DNA of 64,000 nt from positions 2,560,001 through 2,624,000 of the forward strand of contig OZ244170.1 in the NCBI GenBank assembly GCA_965216565.1. Reading direction: 5' to 3'. A program made the translations under genes and the position numbers. The DNA is from Bythopirellula sp. Its GTDB lineage: Bacteria; Planctomycetota; Planctomycetia; Pirellulales; Lacipirellulaceae. Below the pieces are notes generated by a model. It saw only the letters and a list, made by a program, of their open reading frames with translations, was not told the DNA's origin and did not search any database. Positions 36,996 through 46,843 of this stretch are shown here, piece after piece; the stretch's first letter is position 1; the number at the start of each line of letters is the position of its first letter.

Positions 36996-39434
36996 ATGGC
37001 CAAAGAAGCTGCTTCAAAAAAAGAAGAGGCGAAGCCAAGCGACAAACCTGCTGCGCGCAGTTTGCCGGAGCGCATCTTTGGCCTGATCACTTGGGCCAAG
37101 GAGCGAACGTGGCGGATGGCGCTGGTCGGCATGGTCGGCATCACCCTGCTAGGATCCGTCTTTGCGGTGTGGAGCTATCTGGCTCATCTGGCGGTTAGCG
37201 TAGAGGACCCCGTCACTTTGCAAATGGCTCTGAACAAGCTGAGCGAAGGAGACTATGAACAGGCAGAGACATTGGTGCGCACCATGCAACGCCAACCCCA
37301 GAATCCCGACGACTTTGGGGGAGCGCTTTACATCCTGGGCTCAGTAAAAGCCAATCAAGCGGAGAGCGAATGGTCGGCCGCCCGCCAACGGGCAGTCCAC
37401 TTGGTGGCAGCTCGCTATCTGCAAAAGGCGCTGACGCTGGGTGTCCCACCTGAAGTCGAGCCCCAACTGTTATTCCTTCTAGGGCAAAGCTTGATCCAAG
37501 GCAACCAGCCTCAAAAGGGGATTCGCATCCTCAATCAAGCACTGTCTCTGGAGAACGCTCCCTCACAGAAAGTACATATCTTGTTGACGGAAGCGAACCT
37601 TGCACTTCCCAATCCCGATTTAGAGTCTGTCCTTCATCACAACGCCGAGCTATTGAAATTTCCGAATCTTAGTGATGAGCAAAGAACCGAAGCGCTCATT
37701 GTTCGTGCCGAGACCCTGGGTCGTGTTGGGCGAGCGAAAGACGCAAACGAGATCTTAAAACAACTGAGCAAAGATCGAACTGAAGACGGTCAGCTGAAGA
37801 ACCTTTCCGGACGATTGTTACTCTCAGCCGCTGAAGAACTTCCTGAAACCAATCCACAGCGTCAAGCGATGATCGAACAAGCGGTTTCCGATCTGCAAGC
37901 GGCACAGCGACTGGACCCGTTCAACGGCGAGCAGACGCGTCGGGCTAAATACTGGATTGGTAAGAGCTTCGAACTGCAGCGCGACTACGAGTCGGCCATC
38001 GATGAATACGATCAAATTGGCAAACTCTATGGAGACACCCCCGAAAGCCTGGCAGCGCAAATTGCAGAGGCAGATTTACTTCGATTCGCCGGCAAGAAAA
38101 GCTTATCGCTAGCCGCCTATCGGCGCGTCCTCGAATCCGTCGGAAATCCGACCACTTACTCCAATAAGCTGATCTCTCTGGAAGATCTCAAGAAGCACTT
38201 ACGTAGTGCTCATGCCAGTTTCGTAGAAGCGGGAGAGTTTGAATCAGCTCTCGCGCTGCTCGAGCAATTCGACACTCTTTTCGAGCACGAAATCATCATC
38301 GAACTGCGAGCATCAACACATGAGGCATGGGGGCAGGCTGAACTGAAAGAAGCCGCTGCGAGCCCCCCGCTCCGTGCAGCTAGATTGGCTAAAGATGGTC
38401 GCTATCACCTTCGCGCCGCAGGGCGGGCGTTCGAATCGTTGGCAAAAGTCCGATTCGCAACTCGCGAATACACAGACGATTTATGGTTTGCCGCTGAGAA
38501 CTACTACCAAGGCCAAACCTACACGCATGCCGCGCGAATGCTAGAGAAGTATCTCCACTACGAACCTGAGCGTCGGAATGCGACCGTATTCCTGCGACTT
38601 GGCCAGTCTTACCTGACTCTTGGCGAAACAGAAAAAGCGATTCGGGCTTTGGAACAGTGCATCACCATGCATCCACGGGACCTGGCCGTCTATCAGGCGC
38701 GGCTCGAGTGTGTGCGGGCTTATCGCCAAATGGATCGCAACGAAGAAGCCGAAGCCTTGCTGCTGGAAAACATCAACGGCGATGAGCTGACTCCGAAAAG
38801 CCCCGAATGGCGCGACTCGCTTTTTGAGCTGGGAGAGATTCAGCACGAGACGGGTCGATTCGAGCAAGCTTTCAAAACGCTAGAAGAAGCCGTCATACGC
38901 TACCCCGATGCTCCACAGTCACTGATGGCCCGATACACGATTGCTAGATCGTTTCATAATGCTGCACAAGTGCCAGCCAACAAAGTACGTCTGGCAAAGA
39001 CCGAAAATGAGAGACAGAAAAACCGCAAGCTACGCGACGAGAATCTTCAAGGAGCGCTGGACAACTACAAACTTGTTCAACGGATGTTGACCTTACAAGA
39101 TCATGGCGAGAGCCATGTGCTGAAACAACACTTACTACGCAATTGCTACATGATGCAGGGCTCCGTACTGTTCCAACTGCGTCGGTACGAGGAAGCCCGG
39201 AAGGCTTATGCCAATGTATCGACACTTTTCCAAAGCGAGCCATTCGTCTTGGAAAGCTTTGTTCATATCGCCAATTGCTGGCGACGCTTGGATGAACCCA
39301 TGAATGCACGACGGACGATCGAGCAAGCCAAGTTGGTTTTGCAACGATTACCGTCTGACACAAATTTCAAGCTTGCGACGAATTTCAATCGACAGCAATG
39401 GCAACTGCTGCTGAATGAAATGAGCAAGTGGTAA
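36996..39434 (+). CDS. Membrane-anchored large TPR protein
   Basis: Single N-terminal TM (ALVGMVGITLLGSVFAVW) followed by many TPR units; 812 aa. Confidence 0.88.
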   Translation: MAKEAASKKEEAKPSDKPAARSLPERIFGLITWAKERTWRMALVGMVGITLLGSVFAVWSYLAHLAVSVEDPVTLQMALNKLSEGDYEQAETLVRTMQRQPQNPDDFGGALYILGSVKANQAESEWSAARQRAVHLVAARYLQKALTLGVPPEVEPQLLFLLGQSLIQGNQPQKGIRILNQALSLENAPSQKVHILLTEANLALPNPDLESVLHHNAELLKFPNLSDEQRTEALIVRAETLGRVGRAKDANEILKQLSKDRTEDGQLKNLSGRLLLSAAEELPETNPQRQAMIEQAVSDLQAAQRLDPFNGEQTRRAKYWIGKSFELQRDYESAIDEYDQIGKLYGDTPESLAAQIAEADLLRFAGKKSLSLAAYRRVLESVGNPTTYSNKLISLEDLKKHLRSAHASFVEAGEFESALALLEQFDTLFEHEIIIELRASTHEAWGQAELKEAAASPPLRAARLAKDGRYHLRAAGRAFESLAKVRFATREYTDDLWFAAENYYQGQTYTHAARMLEKYLHYEPERRNATVFLRLGQSYLTLGETEKAIRALEQCITMHPRDLAVYQARLECVRAYRQMDRNEEAEALLLENINGDELTPKSPEWRDSLFELGEIQHETGRFEQAFKTLEEAVIRYPDAPQSLMARYTIARSFHNAAQVPANKVRLAKTENERQKNRKLRDENLQGALDNYKLVQRMLTLQDHGESHVLKQHLLRNCYMMQGSVLFQLRRYEEARKAYANVSTLFQSEPFVLESFVHIANCWRRLDEPMNARRTIEQAKLVLQRLPSDTNFKLATNFNRQQWQLLLNEMSKW

Positions 39435-39464
39435 AGATAATAGCAACTCACACTACTCGAAGTA

Positions 39465-39977
39465 TTGCGGATGTCAGAGTTAGATACCAAACAACTGGCA
39501 GCACTAATCGACAAGCGGCACCGATGTTTTTCGGGTCTGTTGGAGTTGAGTACTATGCAGTCGGAGTTGATTGCCAAAGGCGACATGCCTGCACTTTTCA
39601 GGACGTTCACTGCCAAGAATCAGTGGGTGGTTGGTCTGCAGGCAATCGAACGCGAGTTGGCCCCCTATCAACAACAAGATCCTGAGTCGCGTGATTGGGC
39701 CTCTCCCAAGGAGAGAGAACAATGTGCGGCTCAGGCGGCGGAGTGCAAGAAATTGCTCGATCGCCTGATGCAACTAGAAATGGCAAATGAAAAAGCGATG
39801 ACGGAACGCCGAGATGACGTGGCAACGCGACTCAAAACTGCCCAAAGTGCAGGAGCAGCGCGAACTGCTTACCAGTCTCACCAGCAACCCCACACTATTG
39901 CTCCCCCGATCGCGTCACTGCCGTTGTCGGAGCAGAACCGTTCAAACCACTTAGACATGACGTCAGATGTAACGTAG
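39465..39977 (+). CDS. flgN: FlgN-like flagellar chaperone
   Basis: Helical pattern L..L...Q..LI..GD...L.....K and ARTAY tail; flagellar context. Confidence 0.55.
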   Translation: MRMSELDTKQLAALIDKRHRCFSGLLELSTMQSELIAKGDMPALFRTFTAKNQWVVGLQAIERELAPYQQQDPESRDWASPKEREQCAAQAAECKKLLDRLMQLEMANEKAMTERRDDVATRLKTAQSAGAARTAYQSHQQPHTIAPPIASLPLSEQNRSNHLDMTSDVT

Positions 39978-40001
39978 CTGGTAATCGGCCAGGACCAAAC
40001 C

Positions 40002-40892
40002 ATGGATAGCACATTTCAAATCGTAGAAGAGACTCTTGAGGGCGTTTCACCCGATACGAGCGGTCTTCCAGACAGCGGGGAGAACTGCAGTCTCGAAACG
40101 ATCCTAACTGCGTGGAACGATGCCACACTGCGATTGCAACAGACACACGAGGTGCTTCAAGCCGAGGTGAGTCGACTACGGCAGGAGCTGGAAGCAAAGA
40201 ACCATGAGCTTGCTCGCAAGAATCGGCTTGCCGATTTGGGCCGCATGGCCTCGCATGTTGCTCATGAGGTGAAGAATAGTCTGGTACCCGTCACACTTTA
40301 TATGAGTTTGTTAAAGCGTAAGTTGTCTAAGGACAACGATAGCCTAAGCATTTTGGCCAAAGTTGAGGCAGGGTTTATCGCCCTGGATGTTACCGTGAAC
40401 GATCTACTGAATTTTACATCTCATCGGGAACCACAATGGAACAACTTTGTGGTTAGTGAACTCATCGGAGAAATCTGTGAGTCGCTGCGACCTCAGTTCG
40501 AGGCGCAGTCCATTTTCGTATCGATTGACGTCACCAAGGGGCTATCGCTTCAGGCAGACCGAGAGATGCTTCGTCGAGCAATTCTCAATCTGGTCCTCAA
40601 TGCGGTCGAGGCCATGCAAGAGGGCGGGGAGCTGGTTTTCTCAGCCTACGATGGTCCGATGGGTTTTGAGCTAGAGATCGCCGACAGCGGAGCCGGCCTT
40701 TCAGAGAAACAGGCCCAGCACGTATTTGATCCGTTCTTTACCACGAAGAGCGACGGAACGGGCCTGGGCCTCGCTATCGTGCATCGTATCGCCGAGGCAC
40801 ATGGCGGACGCGTGACGGCTCGGAACTGCCCCGAGGGTGGTGCCGCTTTCACAATTGAGATACCACGCCGAGCAATGGGAATGGCAGCATGA
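40002..40892 (+). CDS. Cytoplasmic sensor histidine kinase (FlgS/FlrB-like)
   Basis: Coiled coil, AHEVKNSL, NLVLNAVEAM, DSGAG, FFTTK, GTGLGL; overlaps the next gene (ATGA). Confidence 0.9.
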   Translation: MDSTFQIVEETLEGVSPDTSGLPDSGENCSLETILTAWNDATLRLQQTHEVLQAEVSRLRQELEAKNHELARKNRLADLGRMASHVAHEVKNSLVPVTLYMSLLKRKLSKDNDSLSILAKVEAGFIALDVTVNDLLNFTSHREPQWNNFVVSELIGEICESLRPQFEAQSIFVSIDVTKGLSLQADREMLRRAILNLVLNAVEAMQEGGELVFSAYDGPMGFELEIADSGAGLSEKQAQHVFDPFFTTKSDGTGLGLAIVHRIAEAHGGRVTARNCPEGGAAFTIEIPRRAMGMAA

Positions 40893-42367
40893 CAACGGAT
40901 GGCAACAAATCAGCAGGACGAGTTTTGGTTGTCGACGACCACGCCGCAGCACGCGAGTCGGTCGCTGATGTGTTGCGCCATAGTAGCTACGAAGTCATCT
41001 GCGCATCGTCCGCGGCAGAGGCCCTGGGCCGGCTGGATAACGAGAGTTTTCACCTGATGATTACCGATCTACAAATGCCCGGCATGGATGGCTTGGAGCT
41101 GATCCGCAGGATTCACCAGCGTCGGCTACCGATCGAAATTGTGATGATTACCGCGCATGCGACGATTGCCTCGGCGGTGGAAGCAATGCGGTATGGTGCT
41201 TTTGACTATCTTGAAAAACCCTTTGATGTTTTCCAATTGGAACGACTCGCCGCACAAGCGATCGAGCGCGGCCGCCTAATTCGACCCCCAGGCGAACCTA
41301 AGAATGCCGGCGAAGCGGCTGAATCGCTCGAAGCCATGATGGTGGGTGAGAGTGACTCGATGAAGTTGCTCCAAAGCCGAATCTCACAAGTTGCTCCGAC
41401 CGACGAAACAGTCCTGATTTGCGGCGAAAGCGGTACGGGCAAGGAACTAGTGGCCCGCGAGATTCATGCGAGAAGCCGTCGCATAACCGGCCCCATGGTC
41501 AGCTTGAATTGCCCTGCCCTCTCTGCTCAGCTCACCGAAAGCGAATTGTTTGGTCATCGGCGTGGAGCTTTCACTGGTGCGGATTCAGATCGCACGGGGC
41601 GGTTTGAATTAGCCGAGGGCGGAACCATCTTGCTGGACGAGATCACCGAAATCGATTTACCGCTGCAGGCAAAACTCTTGCGTGTCCTGCAAGAGCGGAC
41701 GTTCGAGCGCGTCGGTTGCAGCGAAACACGTGCTGCCAATGTTCGGGTGGTCGCCAGTACCAACCGAAACCTACGTGAAGAAGTCGAAGCGGGCAGATTC
41801 CGAGAAGACCTTTATTACCGACTGGCCGTAGTGCCTCTGGTAATTCCACCACTGCGAGAACGACGTGGCGACGTCCAATTGCTGGCAGATTATTTCTTAA
41901 ATCGCGCTGCTCAGCGTTTGAATCACTCCAACTATGAGTTGGATGCCGATGCTCGGGAATTGTTTGCCACGTACCATTGGCCTGGCAACGTTCGTGAGCT
42001 GGAAAATATTATTACGCGTGCTTGCGTTCTTAATGAAGGACACACCATCAATGCGGCTGAATTGCGACCATGGTTGCAAGAGCCGGAGCGGATAGATTGC
42101 CCTTCCGAACCCTCGCTACCTGTTGGTGCGAAGCTTGAGGATGTCGAGAAGACAATGATCCTCGCTACGTTGGAACACCACCAAGGTCATCGAGCCAAAA
42201 CCGCCAAGGCATTGGGCATTGGTGTTCGCACGCTGAGTGGCAAGTTGCGAAACTATGGAGTTGCCCCCCGAGCGAAGAGTTTAGAGGAAAGTCACACCTC
42301 GATCCGGCAAGAAGTGCCGAACAGTTCGGCAGACTTTGCCGGTGTCGCAACGAGAAAGCCCGCGTAG
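40889..42367 (+). CDS. Sigma54-dependent response regulator (FlgR/FlrC-like, REC-AAA-Fis HTH)
   Basis: REC domain, GESGTGKE, ESELFGH..GAFTGA, LLDEI, WPGNVREL, C-terminal HTH. Confidence 0.95.
   Translation: MTTDGNKSAGRVLVVDDHAAARESVADVLRHSSYEVICASSAAEALGRLDNESFHLMITDLQMPGMDGLELIRRIHQRRLPIEIVMITAHATIASAVEAMRYGAFDYLEKPFDVFQLERLAAQAIERGRLIRPPGEPKNAGEAAESLEAMMVGESDSMKLLQSRISQVAPTDETVLICGESGTGKELVAREIHARSRRITGPMVSLNCPALSAQLTESELFGHRRGAFTGADSDRTGRFELAEGGTILLDEITEIDLPLQAKLLRVLQERTFERVGCSETRAANVRVVASTNRNLREEVEAGRFREDLYYRLAVVPLVIPPLRERRGDVQLLADYFLNRAAQRLNHSNYELDADARELFATYHWPGNVRELENIITRACVLNEGHTINAAELRPWLQEPERIDCPSEPSLPVGAKLEDVEKTMILATLEHHQGHRAKTAKALGIGVRTLSGKLRNYGVAPRAKSLEESHTSIRQEVPNSSADFAGVATRKPA
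42305..42341. promoter_or_regulatory. Two palindromic CGGCA-N5-TGCCG sites, putative enhancer (UAS)
   Basis: 42305-42319 and 42327-42341, 22 bp apart, upstream of a -24/-12 promoter. Confidence 0.6.
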
Positions 42368-42465
42368 TTTGCGGCAAACGGATAGCTATGGAAAGGCTGG
42401 CAAAGCAGTAGGAAAGCTTAGATTCAAAGGCGGACGCGAACAAGCGTTGAACAGTAAATATACAT

Positions 42466-42481
42466 CGGTACAAGAATTGCC
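42466..42481 (+). promoter_or_regulatory. Sigma54 -24/-12 promoter for the flgB operon
   Basis: CGGTACAAGAATTGCC: GG-N10-GC with TTGC. Confidence 0.7.
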
Positions 42482-42524
42482 AAGGAAAGTTTGAGATCGA
42501 GAGATCAACTAGCGAGGCTCAGTC

Positions 42525-42959
42525 ATGATTTCATCCATGTTCGATTCATCAACCATCCCTGTGCTTGAGCAGGTCGTGAATTTCACGCAGGCTCGACACG
42601 GCGTGTTGGCTGGAAATATCGCAAACCTGGACACTCCTGGCTACAAGACGAGAGATATCTCTCCCGAAGAATTCCAAAGCCGACTGCAAGATGCCATTGA
42701 GACACGCAAGCAGAGTAGTATCTCTCCCACTTATGAAATCAATGCAAAGTTGGCTGGCAGGGATAACGCCCTTGGGGGCGATGGAATGGACAAAGTTCGA
42801 GAATCGATCAAAAGCATTTTGTATCACGACAACAGCGATGTGAGTATTGAGCACCAAGTTGCCGAGATTGGCAAGAACCAGGCACAGCACAATCTGGCAC
42901 TGCAAGTGATGCTCGCCCAGTTCCGATTGCTGCGAGCGGCTATCACAGAACGCGCCTAG
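42525..42959 (+). CDS. flgB: Flagellar basal-body rod protein FlgB
   Basis: VLAGNIANLDTPGYKTRD. Confidence 0.92.
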   Translation: MISSMFDSSTIPVLEQVVNFTQARHGVLAGNIANLDTPGYKTRDISPEEFQSRLQDAIETRKQSSISPTYEINAKLAGRDNALGGDGMDKVRESIKSILYHDNSDVSIEHQVAEIGKNQAQHNLALQVMLAQFRLLRAAITERA

Positions 42960-42978
42960 AGTAGTTCGCTTATTGTTA

Positions 42979-43038
42979 GTAGCTGGATTCGCAAGAATTC
43001 AGAAAACTGGAAGGCTGAATTCTTGCGAATCCAGCTAC
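42979..43038. repeat. GTAG-type palindromic element, family A copy 3
   Basis: GTAGCTGGATTCGCAAGAATTCAG...CTGAATTCTTGCGAATCCAGCTAC between flgB and flgC. Confidence 0.9.
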
Positions 43039-43077
43039 AGAAATACATTTTATTAGTGGCGAAAGGAGGCAATTCAC

Positions 43078-43488
43078 ATGTTTAGTGCATTTGACGTCAG
43101 CACCAGCGCATTGGTTGCCCAACGGACCCGGCTTGATGTGATTTCCTCGAATCTGGCCAATATGTCGACAACTCGCAATGAACGAGGTGAGCCCGAAGCG
43201 TACACACCTCGCTATGTAACATTCGAAACCGATACCAGTTTGGAAACTAACGGAGGCGGCAACGGTGTGAAGGTTGCCAGCGTGGAATATTCGCAAGAAC
43301 AACCCAGCATGAAATACGAGCCCGGTCATCCAGATGCCGACGAAAACGGCTACGTGGCCTACCCCAACATCGATATGACGACCGAGTTCGTCGATGCCTT
43401 GGGAGCTACCAGGGCCTACGAAGCAAACATTGGTGTCATCGAGATCACCAAAGATCTCGGCCAACAAACACTACAAATTCTCGCTTAA
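43078..43488 (+). CDS. flgC: Flagellar basal-body rod protein FlgC
   Basis: SNLANMSTT, YEPGHPDADENGYVAYPNI, RAYEAN; AGGAGG RBS. Confidence 0.96.
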   Translation: MFSAFDVSTSALVAQRTRLDVISSNLANMSTTRNERGEPEAYTPRYVTFETDTSLETNGGGNGVKVASVEYSQEQPSMKYEPGHPDADENGYVAYPNIDMTTEFVDALGATRAYEANIGVIEITKDLGQQTLQILA

Positions 43489-43621
43489 TAATTTTGGAGC
43501 AAATATAGTTGACGTTGTTCGCGGCGTTGGGGGGCCAACGCAGGTAAGACAAATAATTACCAACCACTCGTGTATCGACTGACCAGCAGTCTAATCCGAG
43601 TTGGTCCCCAGGAAACGCGTC

Positions 43622-43927
43622 ATGAACACAATTCAAAATACTTACCCGAACCTACAACCACTTTCCACAGAGCTGTCGCCCTCGAATGTCCAGCAGGGTG
43701 ACGAAGCGTCGTTCAAGAACTTTCTGCTCGATTCGATTCAGGAAGTCAATACGATGCAACACGACGCCGACTCGGCCGTAGAAGCATTGATGACCGGTAC
43801 CGGGGAAGCCGACCCGGCCGAGGTTTTGACGGCAGTCCAAAAAGCTGACATGGCCTTCCGGCTGATGTTGCAAATGCGAAATAAGATGATGCAGGTTTAT
43901 CAAGAAGTACGTGATATTCGAATTTAG
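43622..43927 (+). CDS. fliE: Hook-basal body protein FliE
   Basis: SFKNFL, QKADMAF, RNKMMQVYQEV. Confidence 0.92.
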   Translation: MNTIQNTYPNLQPLSTELSPSNVQQGDEASFKNFLLDSIQEVNTMQHDADSAVEALMTGTGEADPAEVLTAVQKADMAFRLMLQMRNKMMQVYQEVRDIRI

Positions 43928-43979
43928 ATCAGAAGCTCGGCGATGCCGAGATTAGCAAATAACCAAGAGTGGTCCACGG

Positions 43980-45653
43980 ATGGATTTCTTAAATCAGTCG
44001 CTCGCACAAACTCGCGAGCTATTTCAGTCGATGACGCCTGCCGGCAGAGTAACAGCTCTGCTTTTGATGGGTGTGATCGTCATCAGCATGGGCTACCTAT
44101 TCCAGCATCATTCTGCTGGTCCAGATGAGTTTTTGTTTAACGGAACCTATCTGCCCGCGACCGATGCCGATCGGGCCGAGGCGGCCATCGCCCAAGCGGG
44201 ACTAGGTGATTACCAGAGAATTGGAAATCGCATCCAGGTACCCAAAGGTCAGAAGGCTGAATATCTAGCAGCGGTGGCGGATGCAGGGGCTTTGCCTACC
44301 AACTTTCATAGCTTGCTCGAAGACGCTCTGAATCTGGGAGCCTTTGTCGATCCCGAAACACGACGCCAACGCATGAAGGCGGCACGGGAGCAGCAGCTTT
44401 CGATGATTGTCCGATCGATGCACGGCATTGAGCAGGCGCAAGTGATCTACGATTTCCGCGAGCCGCGCGGCCTGTCGCGTACCGGACAAGTGACGGCGAC
44501 CGTCAGCGTAGAGCCATCACCTGGCGAACCGCTCGATCCCCGCACCGCGAAGATGATCAAAAAAGCCGTGGCCGGCGCGATCGTAGGCCTTAGTCAAGAC
44601 AAGGTGACCATTGCTAATCTAGGTGATGGCAGCATCCTTGAGAGTGGCGAGGGCTTTGGGGATTTATTTGATGATCCTTACTACCAGCATCGGTTGGCCT
44701 ACGAAAAGTACATGAAGGGTAGCATCGAGAACTTGCTTACCTACATTCCCGGCATTCGGGTTGAAGTGAGTGCTGAACTCGACAAAGCCATCCAAGAGGA
44801 AACCCGCACTAGTGAGCCCGCTGGTGAACCAGTCACTATCCATGAACAAACGCGCGTGACCGATTCGCAGCAGTCGAAGATCGCCCCCGGGGGTCGCGTC
44901 GGTTTGACTGCCCAAGGGCCTTCTCGCAGCAATGAGCAGGAAACCAGTAGCCAACTCGTCGACAAGACGACAGATGAAACTAGAGAAACACAAAACCGGA
45001 GCGGGACGAAAGAAAGCTTTTTGCGTAGTAGCGGATTGGTACCGGAAAACGTTCGTGCAAGTATCGCAGTTCCCAGGGACTACTTGGTTGACGTTTGGCG
45101 GGAGAGGCAGCGGCGACTGGGAGAAGACGTATCGGGTGATCTGCCGATCGACATCGACACGCAGCTCCAAGGCATTCAGACAAACATCACAGACGATATC
45201 AGTGCGGTTGTCGCTCAGCTATTGCCTAAGCATTTAGCAGAAGACCGCATCCAGTATGTCAGTGTGACCTTCTTCGAGACCTTGCCCACCGATCCGATTC
45301 CGAGCCCTTCCACTGCAAACGTCGCCATGGCCTGGGCCAGCGACAACTTTAGCACAATGACGATGGCAGCAATCGCGATTGCCGGACTTCTGATGCTTCG
45401 TTCCTTGGTCAAGGGAATACCTCCCGCCGAGCCTGTGACTTCGGTGGCAGGACCGACGTTGTCCATCAACCTGGGCGATCAAGATGCTCCCACCGGTGGA
45501 ATTGCGGACCAGAATCCTTCCGAGGAAGCCGAGCGTCCCAAGCTGAAGCTCAAGAAGGGGTCGGACCTGAAAGATGAATTGACCGACATTGTTCGCGAAG
45601 ATCCAGATGCAGCGGCCGCTATTTTGCGTGGTTGGATTAACAACGCCGGATAG
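43980..45653 (+). CDS. fliF: MS-ring protein FliF
   Basis: Two TM helices, periplasmic ring-building region, C-terminal DPDAAAAILRGW; gene order. Confidence 0.88.
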   Translation: MDFLNQSLAQTRELFQSMTPAGRVTALLLMGVIVISMGYLFQHHSAGPDEFLFNGTYLPATDADRAEAAIAQAGLGDYQRIGNRIQVPKGQKAEYLAAVADAGALPTNFHSLLEDALNLGAFVDPETRRQRMKAAREQQLSMIVRSMHGIEQAQVIYDFREPRGLSRTGQVTATVSVEPSPGEPLDPRTAKMIKKAVAGAIVGLSQDKVTIANLGDGSILESGEGFGDLFDDPYYQHRLAYEKYMKGSIENLLTYIPGIRVEVSAELDKAIQEETRTSEPAGEPVTIHEQTRVTDSQQSKIAPGGRVGLTAQGPSRSNEQETSSQLVDKTTDETRETQNRSGTKESFLRSSGLVPENVRASIAVPRDYLVDVWRERQRRLGEDVSGDLPIDIDTQLQGIQTNITDDISAVVAQLLPKHLAEDRIQYVSVTFFETLPTDPIPSPSTANVAMAWASDNFSTMTMAAIAIAGLLMLRSLVKGIPPAEPVTSVAGPTLSINLGDQDAPTGGIADQNPSEEAERPKLKLKKGSDLKDELTDIVREDPDAAAAILRGWINNAG

Positions 45654-45679
45654 AAACAAGAAATAGGACAACACTGTAT

Positions 45680-46783
45680 ATGACATTCCCTAACACAGCA
45701 CGACTATCACCGAGCATCCGCAAGGCGGCCGTCTTCCTGCTTAGCTTGGAAGAAGGACTCGCGGAGCACATGCTGCGAGAAATGCCGGAGGCCGATGCGC
45801 AGGCAGTTCGTACAGCCATGTTGCAACTGGAAGACTGCGACGCAGTAGAACAACAAGAAGTGATGGCCGATTTCCGCCGCAACCAACAGGCAGCTTCCCA
45901 GCCAGTCGACTCAGGGGTTGAGCTAGATGCATCGTTACTGGCACATATCGAGCAGCAGACCGACACGTTACCTGAGGTCACAGAGCATGACCCTCTAGCG
46001 CAAATCAGCGATCAAGAAGCAGCAACCATTGCCGAGACCCTCTCTCGTGAACATCCGCAGACGGTAGCTCTGGTGATATCGCGGTTGCAACATCAAACGG
46101 CAGCTTCAATTCTTCCTCGACTCTCCGCCAATTTGCAAGACGAAGTTCTCTGTCGATTGGCGGAACTAGATCCTGCGGATCAATCGAGTGTAGCTGTGGT
46201 CGAATCGCAATTAGTTGCTTGGGTTAACGAGCATCGCCGCAAGGAGGAGCGTTTGGCCCATGGCTCGGAGCTTGTCCAAAAACTGCTCCAGAATACTTCG
46301 GCCAGTGATCGCCACGTAATCGTTGGTCGAATATCTCGTGATAACCCTCGCATGGCTCAAATATTCGGCACGGGGACAGAACCCGCACCGCCAACAGTCT
46401 CTAGCTCAGAGCCGTCCTTTGCCCAGCCAAGCTCGGGTTCGCCTTCCCCCCCACCACGTAGAAAAATATTGAAGCCCGCGGTTCCGCAAGTAGCAATTGA
46501 TACGGACGCGTTTGGCGAAACCAATCCTCTGAGCGAACTCGAAGAGTTAGACGACGCCACATTGATGGCCGTTCTTTCCGAGGCGGATCGCAACGTCGTC
46601 ACAATCGCTCTGGCTGGAGCGAGCGAGTCTTTGTTGAAGCGCGTCCTCAAGCGGTTGCCTAAATCCCAAGCCAAGAAGTATCGCAGTCAATTCAGAAACA
46701 TAGGCCCCACTCGGCTCAGTGACATGCTTGCCGCGCAGCAGCAACTGGCACACTTTGCCCAAGGCATGAAAGGCACAGTTTAG
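45680..46783 (+). CDS. fliG: FliG-like C-ring protein (divergent)
   Basis: RKAAVFLLSL, EHPQTVALVIS, GPTRLSD..AAQQ; follows fliF. Confidence 0.8.
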   Translation: MTFPNTARLSPSIRKAAVFLLSLEEGLAEHMLREMPEADAQAVRTAMLQLEDCDAVEQQEVMADFRRNQQAASQPVDSGVELDASLLAHIEQQTDTLPEVTEHDPLAQISDQEAATIAETLSREHPQTVALVISRLQHQTAASILPRLSANLQDEVLCRLAELDPADQSSVAVVESQLVAWVNEHRRKEERLAHGSELVQKLLQNTSASDRHVIVGRISRDNPRMAQIFGTGTEPAPPTVSSSEPSFAQPSSGSPSPPPRRKILKPAVPQVAIDTDAFGETNPLSELEELDDATLMAVLSEADRNVVTIALAGASESLLKRVLKRLPKSQAKKYRSQFRNIGPTRLSDMLAAQQQLAHFAQGMKGTV

Positions 46784-46843
46784 AGATAGCAGCGAATCCC
46801 ACCGTCGAAACAACCTCGCTCTTTTTCAATCTCCAGAATACTC

